Of a stretch of DNA of 64,000 bases, positions 57,935 to 64,000 are shown one piece after another; positions within the stretch are counted from its first letter, which is position 1, and every line of letters starts with the position of its first letter. The translations under genes were made by a program, and so were the position numbers. The notes beneath the pieces were generated by a model. That model made no database searches, was not told the origin of the DNA, and saw nothing but the letters and a program-made list of their open reading frames with translations. This DNA is from Candidatus Eiseniibacteriota bacterium (lineage in GTDB: Bacteria; Eisenbacteria; RBG-16-71-46; CAZAMP01): the NCBI GenBank assembly GCA_965224245.1, contig OZ245046.1, forward strand, positions 3,328,001 to 3,392,000. Reading direction: 5' to 3'.

Positions 57935-60900
57935 CGGGCCACCGCCATCTTCGTCTCGTGCACGACGCTCTCGGCGCCGCGGGCCGTCACGCGAACGAGG
58001 TAGAGCCCCGGCGCCACGCGGTCGCCCTCATCGGACCGGAGATCCCAGGACCGTTCGTTCGGAACGCCGCCCAGGCCCGGTGCCGAGAGCTCGGCCACGC
58101 GCAGGCCGGTCACGTCGTACACGGTGATCGTGACCTCGGCGTCGGATCCGAGCACGTAGCGAAACGTCACGTCGTCGTAGGCGGGCGTCGGGTACACGAC
58201 CAGGTCGTCCTCGGCGAAGAACGAGTCGACGTCGACCACGTCCACGAAGCCCGACGCGTCGAGCGCATTGCCGCGCGCGCTGGATCCGCCGGCGGCGCCC
58301 CAGTGGGCATCGGCATGAGCGTCGGGGGCGAAGGCGGCATACGACCATCTTCGGCCCACGTTCGCCGCCACGACCGCGCCTCCGCCGAGTCCGCTCACCA
58401 CCGGCGTGCTGCCGTGCGTCCGCCCCGCCGGACGCGGCCACCCGTCCAGCACCCTGCCCTCGCCGTCGAACGCGCGGAGCAGGCCGTCGGGGCACGCGAC
58501 CAGCACGTCCTGCGTGCCGTTGCGATCCAGGTCCGCGATCAGCGGCTCGGTCGCGACCGGATCCTCCAGGGGATCGAAGGCCGAGAGCGTCACCGGCCAG
58601 CCGTCGAGACGGACCCCGTTGACGCCGAGCGCACGTGCGCGGTTCACGTCGCCCACGACCACGTCGAGACGACCGTCGCGGTTCACGTCCCCCAGCGCGG
58701 GCCGGCTCTCGGCCGACTCCAGCGCGACCGGCCAGCCCGGCAGCATCCGGAGCTCGTTCGCCGATCCCGGCGCGGCCGGCTCGAAGCGATGCATGGCCAG
58801 CGTCCCGTTCGAGGTCAGCGTGACCAGTACGGCCTCGCCGGCGGCGCTCGTGCGTCCGAGACGGGCCGGAACCCCGGACTCCCCGCCGATCGCGGCCACG
58901 AACTCCGCCTCCAGCGCGCGTGTGACCAGCCCGTCGCCGGGCCCGAACACGAACGACTCGATCTCTCCGGATCCGTGCGAGACGATCAGGCGATCGGAAT
59001 CCACCGCGAGTCCCGTCACCGCGGACGTCACGCCGAGCTCGACGCTCTCGGCGACGAAGCGACCGAGCGCCACGCTCCATTGCCAGTGATGAAGCCGTTC
59101 ACCGGTGGCGGCGAAGACGTCGCCGGCGCCGTCATCGTCGATGTCGGCCACCGCGACCCGGAGCGGGGCGGTGCCGGCGCGGCCCGGTCGGGGTGGCAGG
59201 AGCAGCGCGGTGACGCTCCACGCGTCCCCGCCGTCGGCCGCCCGCACGGCCAGCGAGCCGTCCTCGAACGCGGTGAGGATCTCCTGGGCGGCGTCGTCCC
59301 CGGCGATCACGTCGGCGACGAGCACGTCGTTCTCGCCGTTGCGACTCCACTCGGCATCGATCACACGCCCCGACCCGGACTGGTCGACGATGCGGACGGT
59401 CGTCTCGTCCACCAGCACGACCTCGATGGAGCCGTCGCCGTCGACGTCGCCGGAGACCGGCGAGATCGCCGTGTAGACGTCACCGCCGTCGTCGGGCCAT
59501 CCCGGCAGCGAGAGCGCGCTTCTGATCGTGCATGTCATGACGCCGCCCGTGTCACCGATGGCGGTCACGAAGACGCCGGTGTCGGCCCGGCCCTGGTTCG
59601 ATCGGCTCGACGGCGTCGACTCGGGGGTCAGCGCGTCGTTGTTCCCGGCGAAGAATGCGTCCTCGGGCAGGCCGAAGCCTCCCTCGGGGTAAAGCCCGAT
59701 CTCGTCCAGTCCGTCGGCCTCCAGGAGCTTCACGCCCCGCCGACGGAAGTCGGCGTTCACGCGGTTGTCGTCGCGCGTGGCGTCGATGACGTCCTGATCG
59801 ATGTGCCAGATCAACAGTCCCGACCCGGGAATCCCGTAGTCGTACTCGTCGCCCTCGACCGCGATCGGCACCGTCTCGTCCAGGAGGATGGTGAACGTCC
59901 CGTTCCCGTCGAGCTCCTTCTTGCGGGTCTCGATCAGGAAGTACTCGCGATCGTCCACCGGAACGATCACCAGATCGGCGCCGCCGTCGAGCACGCCGCG
60001 GGCGCGCACGCCGACGTCCTCGCCGTTGGTGACCACCACCGCGTCGCCCCAGCCGAGATCGAAACGCGACCAGCCGCACACGAGCGCGGGCGACTTGCCG
60101 AGGAGGTTCCCGCCCCCCTGATCCATCAGCCCGAAGCGACCGATGCCCGGAGCCCCGGAATCCGGATTGAACAGCACGGGCAGCCCGAGCTGGCTCCCCA
60201 TCAGCTGCGCGAACACGCCGGTGAGGGCGAACTCGAAGCCTTCCTGGTTCTCGGTCTCGGGCAGCCACAGGCCCTCGGTCACGTGATGCGCGCCGCCCTG
60301 CACCGCGATGCCCGGCCAGTCCTCGTCCTCCCCGAGATAGTCGCGCAGCTCCTCGAAGGACAGGAACGCGGAGACGATGTCGCTCGGCGTCGAGTCGTCG
60401 ATCAGGAGATCCTGCCCTACCCCGGCGTGGAAGATCGTGTAGTAGTCGTACGCGTCGAAGGCGACCCCGGACTCGTCGGCCACCGTGATCGCGTCGCGAA
60501 AGAACTCGGCGAGGCGGAGGTTCAGCGCGGCATCGGTCGTGTCGGGGTTGTAGTAGCGCATCGGCCGGGGCATCTCGTAGAAGCGCGGCGTTGCGGTGGC
60601 CGTCGGGGAGAGATCCCACGTGATCCGGAGCCGACCGCCCGACGCCGCGTCGAGGTAGTGGTCGAGGGCCTGACACTGGCGATCGAAGTACGGGTGATCA
60701 TGCGGGGGGCGGTTGGTCTCGTAGGTGTCGTCGGGCTCGAGCTGGAAGCGTCCGTCTCCGGTCGTGTTCGGGTCGGTATCCTCGGGAAACTCGACGAGCA
60801 AGACGAGGAGCCGTGCCGTCTCGGCGTCGCCGGCGGGTATGCGCTGCCCCGCTCGAAACGCCGAGGCATGGCGCGCGGGATCCGCCGCCCGTTGCGACGG

Positions 60901-61065
60901 GCGTCCGGGTCGAAGCCGGAGCTCGGGGGAGGCAAGTCGATCGCCCGCGCCGCGAGCATCGGCCACGCTGGCGTCGGGGACGGTGGCCATCCAGCCGAGA
61001 GCGGCCAGGACGGCGACGACGAGGACGCCGCGTACGAGTGCGCGTCCGGATGATCGTGCGTGCAC
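57931..61065 (-). CDS. Secreted M6 (immune inhibitor A)-like protein with degenerate active site, FG-GAP repeats and T9SS-like C-terminal domain
   Basis: LLVLLVEFP, IFHAGVG, GIGRFGLMDQG, WSRFDLGW, EYFLIETR, SGLLIWHID; GDVDGDG/ADLDRNG repeats; AQLMGSQLGLP where HExxH is expected. Confidence 0.8.
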   Translation of the reverse strand: MHARSSGRALVRGVLVVAVLAALGWMATVPDASVADARGAGDRLASPELRLRPGRPSQRAADPARHASAFRAGQRIPAGDAETARLLVLLVEFPEDTDPNTTGDGRFQLEPDDTYETNRPPHDHPYFDRQCQALDHYLDAASGGRLRITWDLSPTATATPRFYEMPRPMRYYNPDTTDAALNLRLAEFFRDAITVADESGVAFDAYDYYTIFHAGVGQDLLIDDSTPSDIVSAFLSFEELRDYLGEDEDWPGIAVQGGAHHVTEGLWLPETENQEGFEFALTGVFAQLMGSQLGLPVLFNPDSGAPGIGRFGLMDQGGGNLLGKSPALVCGWSRFDLGWGDAVVVTNGEDVGVRARGVLDGGADLVIVPVDDREYFLIETRKKELDGNGTFTILLDETVPIAVEGDEYDYGIPGSGLLIWHIDQDVIDATRDDNRVNADFRRRGVKLLEADGLDEIGLYPEGGFGLPEDAFFAGNNDALTPESTPSSRSNQGRADTGVFVTAIGDTGGVMTCTIRSALSLPGWPDDGGDVYTAISPVSGDVDGDGSIEVVLVDETTVRIVDQSGSGRVIDAEWSRNGENDVLVADVIAGDDAAQEILTAFEDGSLAVRAADGGDAWSVTALLLPPRPGRAGTAPLRVAVADIDDDGAGDVFAATGERLHHWQWSVALGRFVAESVELGVTSAVTGLAVDSDRLIVSHGSGEIESFVFGPGDGLVTRALEAEFVAAIGGESGVPARLGRTSAAGEAVLVTLTSNGTLAMHRFEPAAPGSANELRMLPGWPVALESAESRPALGDVNRDGRLDVVVGDVNRARALGVNGVRLDGWPVTLSAFDPLEDPVATEPLIADLDRNGTQDVLVACPDGLLRAFDGEGRVLDGWPRPAGRTHGSTPVVSGLGGGAVVAANVGRRWSYAAFAPDAHADAHWGAAGGSSARGNALDASGFVDVVDVDSFFAEDDLVVYPTPAYDDVTFRYVLGSDAEVTITVYDVTGLRVAELSAPGLGGVPNERSWDLRSDEGDRVAPGLYLVRVTARGAESVVHETKMAVAR

Positions 61066-61237
61066 GGTTTACTCGCCGAGGTGAAGGCTGACGCAACGGC
61101 ACGAGTGCCGCGCGCGCGAGGATGGCATCGGCTGACGACATCCAGTACAACCGCCCCTCCGGGGAGGGGTTCCAGAAAGATCCGCCGGATGCTAGTGGAT
61201 GGCACGAAACGGGGTCAACCGTAACTTGGGGCGTTAG

Positions 61238-61978
61238 TTGCGTTTAACACACGGGTTGGTGTCCGCGGTCCTGACCGGGGGTGCGGCGGCCGCGTTCGCC
61301 GTGGCGCGCGGCTGGGACATGGCGCCGATCGCGATCGCAGCGATGACGGGCGCGATCGGGGCGCTGGCGTGGTGCGCTCGTAGCGGGCCCGGTGTCGAGC
61401 CGATGGACCGGATCGGTCACGCGGTCACGGTGGTGTGGCTGGTCGCCCTGATGAGCCTCGCGGCCGAGCGATGGATGGTCGAGCCCTTCGGCCGGAGTGG
61501 CGTGGTCCGTCCCGTCGCATGGATCGTCCCGGTGGCGCTCGTCCTCGCCCTGGCCCGGTGGCTCCTCGGATTCGGGGGACGCGAGCTCCGGCTCTCCACG
61601 CGACCGCGCCCGACGTGGACCGTCGTGGTCTCCTCGGTCGCCGCCCTGGGGCTCGCGCTCACGGCCAGGGCACCCGCGGGGGCTCCACCCCCACACCTCC
61701 TCGGCATCGGCGTCGAGGAGATCCTGTTCCGGGGGTTCGTGCTCGCGGCCGTCCGGGAGCGTGCCGGCGGCACCACGGCGATCGTGGTCTCGTCGCTCGC
61801 GTTCGGGCTCTCGGTGCCGCTCGATGGATCGCCGGCGCACCCGGACCTCGTGGACCTCGGCCGCCGAACGGCGATCGGCGCGTGCGCCGGCTACGCCACC
61901 GTGGTCGGTCGTCACGTGGGCTTCGGGGTCCTCTCCCGCATCGCCGGGGTGGCGCTGGCCGCTCGCCTTCCCGGTTGA
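61238..61978 (+). CDS. CPBP-like membrane protein, probably degenerate
   Basis: Multiple TM helices; EEILFRG present, later His motifs absent; TTG start uncertain. Confidence 0.65.
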   Translation: MRLTHGLVSAVLTGGAAAAFAVARGWDMAPIAIAAMTGAIGALAWCARSGPGVEPMDRIGHAVTVVWLVALMSLAAERWMVEPFGRSGVVRPVAWIVPVALVLALARWLLGFGGRELRLSTRPRPTWTVVVSSVAALGLALTARAPAGAPPPHLLGIGVEEILFRGFVLAAVRERAGGTTAIVVSSLAFGLSVPLDGSPAHPDLVDLGRRTAIGACAGYATVVGRHVGFGVLSRIAGVALAARLPG

Positions 61979-62042
61979 GCCCGAGACGGACCCGGGGCGG
62001 CCCCGAGCACGGCGTTGACGCCGGGACCGAGGGCCCGGGGGC

Positions 62043-62963
62043 TCAGAGCTCGCCGGTGACCCGGCGAAGACCGGTGAGGCTTCCTGTCTCCGAGTAGAAC
62101 TTCAGCGTGTTGAAGATGCGGCACCAGCTCAGGTACGTCCAGAGCCCGTCCCGGCCCGTGTGCCAGGACTCCAGCGCCCCCTCGCCCCACGACGCGAGCT
62201 CGACGCGCGACGACACGCCCTTGGAGACGAGCGCCCATCGCACGTCCACCGACCCGCCGCTTCGCGCCTCCCAGCGCTGGTGGAGCATCTTCCCCGGCGC
62301 CGAGTCGACGATGCGAACGATCCCGAAGGGCTCGGTCCACCCCTCGTCGGCGGAGGGATCGAAGTCGACGCGCTGGGCGGCCCGGCGCGAGCACTCGGAC
62401 GGATCGGTCAGGACGCGCCAGATCCGCTCGGACGCGCATCGCACCTCACCCGTGATCACCTGCCGGCCGCCGGGCACGTTCTCGTAGTCGACGCGGATGC
62501 CCGGGTTGCCGCGCTCGAGGTACATCTTGAGGTTGAGGAGGTAGTTCTCCCACGGGTAGTGGTCTGCGCTCTCGCCACGCGCATCTTCGTGCGGGCGGCC
62601 GGTCAGCTCGTGGACCACGCGGAGCCGGCAGTCACCCCGCTCGTCGCTGAGGGCGTAGCGCACGACCGACGGCTGGCCGTCCACGTCCCAGGCGAAACGG
62701 ACGTTCCGGCCCGTCTCGTACCCCAGGAGCGCCTGCCCTGCGGACTCCAGGCCGTCCAGCCGGTACGAGTATCGGCCGCCGAACGTGTAGTGGCCGCTCG
62801 GCTTGGTATCCACGTCGGCGAACTCGCAGAACCAGTTCCGCATGTCCTCGGGCTCGATCAGCGCCTTCCACACACGGATCGGCGGAACCGCGATGACCAC
62901 CTCGACGCCCAGGCTGAACCGGCCGGCGACGTCGGACTGCGCGCTCTTGGACGTGCGTTCCAT
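62043..62963 (-). CDS. Tandem SRPBCC (AHSA1/START-like) domain protein
   Basis: IAVPPIRVWKALIEPEDMRNWF...WENYLLNLKMYLE; second copy ERIWRVLTDP...FNTLKFYSE; GGAGG upstream. Confidence 0.82.
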   Translation of the reverse strand: MERTSKSAQSDVAGRFSLGVEVVIAVPPIRVWKALIEPEDMRNWFCEFADVDTKPSGHYTFGGRYSYRLDGLESAGQALLGYETGRNVRFAWDVDGQPSVVRYALSDERGDCRLRVVHELTGRPHEDARGESADHYPWENYLLNLKMYLERGNPGIRVDYENVPGGRQVITGEVRCASERIWRVLTDPSECSRRAAQRVDFDPSADEGWTEPFGIVRIVDSAPGKMLHQRWEARSGGSVDVRWALVSKGVSSRVELASWGEGALESWHTGRDGLWTYLSWCRIFNTLKFYSETGSLTGLRRVTGEL

Positions 62964-63000
62964 GCTTCCGAGAGACCTCCATCCCGTTTCGGAGGGACGC

Positions 63001-63046
63001 AGTGTAGCACGGCCCGTTGCGACCCTTCGATCGTCACCTGTACAAT
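63001..63046. promoter_or_regulatory. Overlapping divergent promoters (minus TGcTACACT; plus TTGCGA-18-TACAAT)
   Basis: agtgtagca at 63001-63009; TTGCGA at 63017-63022; TACAAT at 63041-63046. Confidence 0.5.
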
Positions 63047-63123
63047 CCTCGGGCTCCGAAACGAGACGGCGTTCGAGCCCCGATGTACGCTCACGCGCCC
63101 GCTCACCGACAAGGATCACGACC

Positions 63124-64000
63124 ATGACCGACCTTCTGACCGCTCTCGAAATCCAGGACGTGAACTCCGGCGTGTACGACGGCACCTGGGTGCCCTCGCC
63201 GGGCGGCGACACCCTCACGTCTCTCAATCCCACCACGGGCGAGCCGATCGCGCACGTTCAGCAGGCCGCCCCCGACGACTACGAGCGCGTGGTCTCCGCC
63301 TCGGCGGAGACGTTCCGGCGCTGGCGCATGCTGCCCGCACCCGAGCGCGGCGAGTACGTGCGCCGGATTGGCAACGCGCTGCGCGACCACAAGCGCGAGC
63401 TGGGCATGCTCGTCGCGCTGGAGATGGGCAAGATCCGCACCGAGGGCGAGGGTGAGGTCCAGGAGATGATCGACATCGCCGACTTCGCGGTCGGCCTCTC
63501 GCGCCAGCTCTACGGCCTGACGATCCAGAGCGAGCGCCCCCAGCACCGGATGATGGAGCAGTGGCACCCCCTGGGACCGGTCGGCGTCGTGACCGCATTC
63601 AACTTCCCCGTCGCCGTCTGGGCCTGGAACGCGTGCATCGCCGCGGCGTGCGGCGACACCGTCGTCTGGAAGCCGTCCAGTTCGACGCCGCTCACGGCGA
63701 TCGCGGTTCACAAGATCGTGGACCGCGTCATGAAGGGCTCCGGCTTCGAGGCCGTGTTCACCCTCGTCGTGGGCCGCGGCTCGACGATCGGCCAGCGGCT
63801 TCTCGACGACCGGCGGGTTCCCCTGATCAGCGCGACCGGATCGTGCGCGCTCGGCGAGAAGGTCGCCATGGCCGCGGCCAAGCGCTACGGGAAGACCATC
63901 CTCGAGCTGGGCGGCAACAACGCCGTGATCGTCATGGACGACGCCGACCAGGATCTCGCGCTCCGGGCGTGCGTCTTCGGGGCCGTGGGCACCGCGGGTC
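63124..64000 (+). CDS. Aldehyde dehydrogenase, ALDH7 / alpha-aminoadipic semialdehyde (P6C) dehydrogenase type; truncated by window end
   Basis: Own translation (absent from ORF track): MTDLLTALEI...PAPERGE...EMGKIRTEGEGEVQEMIDIADFAVGLSRQLYG...SERP.HRMMEQWHPLG...AFNFPVAVW...WKPSS...ATGS...LELGGNN. Confidence 0.93.
   Translation, partial: MTDLLTALEIQDVNSGVYDGTWVPSPGGDTLTSLNPTTGEPIAHVQQAAPDDYERVVSASAETFRRWRMLPAPERGEYVRRIGNALRDHKRELGMLVALEMGKIRTEGEGEVQEMIDIADFAVGLSRQLYGLTIQSERPQHRMMEQWHPLGPVGVVTAFNFPVAVWAWNACIAAACGDTVVWKPSSSTPLTAIAVHKIVDRVMKGSGFEAVFTLVVGRGSTIGQRLLDDRRVPLISATGSCALGEKVAMAAAKRYGKTILELGGNNAVIVMDDADQDLALRACVFGAVGTAG

Noticed and set aside
1-64000. CRISPR array, rRNA, tmRNA, RNase P RNA, SRP RNA, transposases, known defence systems
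   Set aside because: No regularly spaced repeats or signature motifs seen by eye; divergent examples could have been missed.

Overview
High-GC bacterial chromosomal window with about 42 protein-coding genes and one tRNA. I found no CRISPR array, rRNA or integrase/transposase. Six secreted proteins carry FlgD-Ig/T9SS-like C-terminal domains and one ends in a 'W-x-x-I-K-x-L-Y' tail; this suggests an FCB-group lineage such as Ca. Eisenbacteria, Latescibacterota or Krumholzibacteriota (inference only). Content: Ku plus a MerR-HTH/TPR gene, a distant ATP-dependent ligase, MPG glycosylase, many peptidases (M16, M4/M36-like, M1, M28, S9, S11, S49, CPBP, a degenerate M6-like protein, a YopT/C58-like protein), a six-gene PspA-DUF4178-DUF350-aminopropyltransferase operon led by an HTH-chaperone fusion, lysine-catabolic LKR and ALDH7 homologues, Wzi, RppH and HisRS. 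The most notable observation is a tRNA-His(GUG) with no encoded G-1 and a U73 discriminator instead of C73, whose first 10 nt overlap the last codons and stop codon of a eukaryote-like-type hisS. Other leads are two highly structured ORF-free intergenic regions (39.0-39.4 kb and 49.15-49.63 kb), a stand-alone YopT-like cysteine protease, and a three-gene outer-membrane module containing a probable pseudo-protease. All calls come from reading motifs by eye; no database searches were run.
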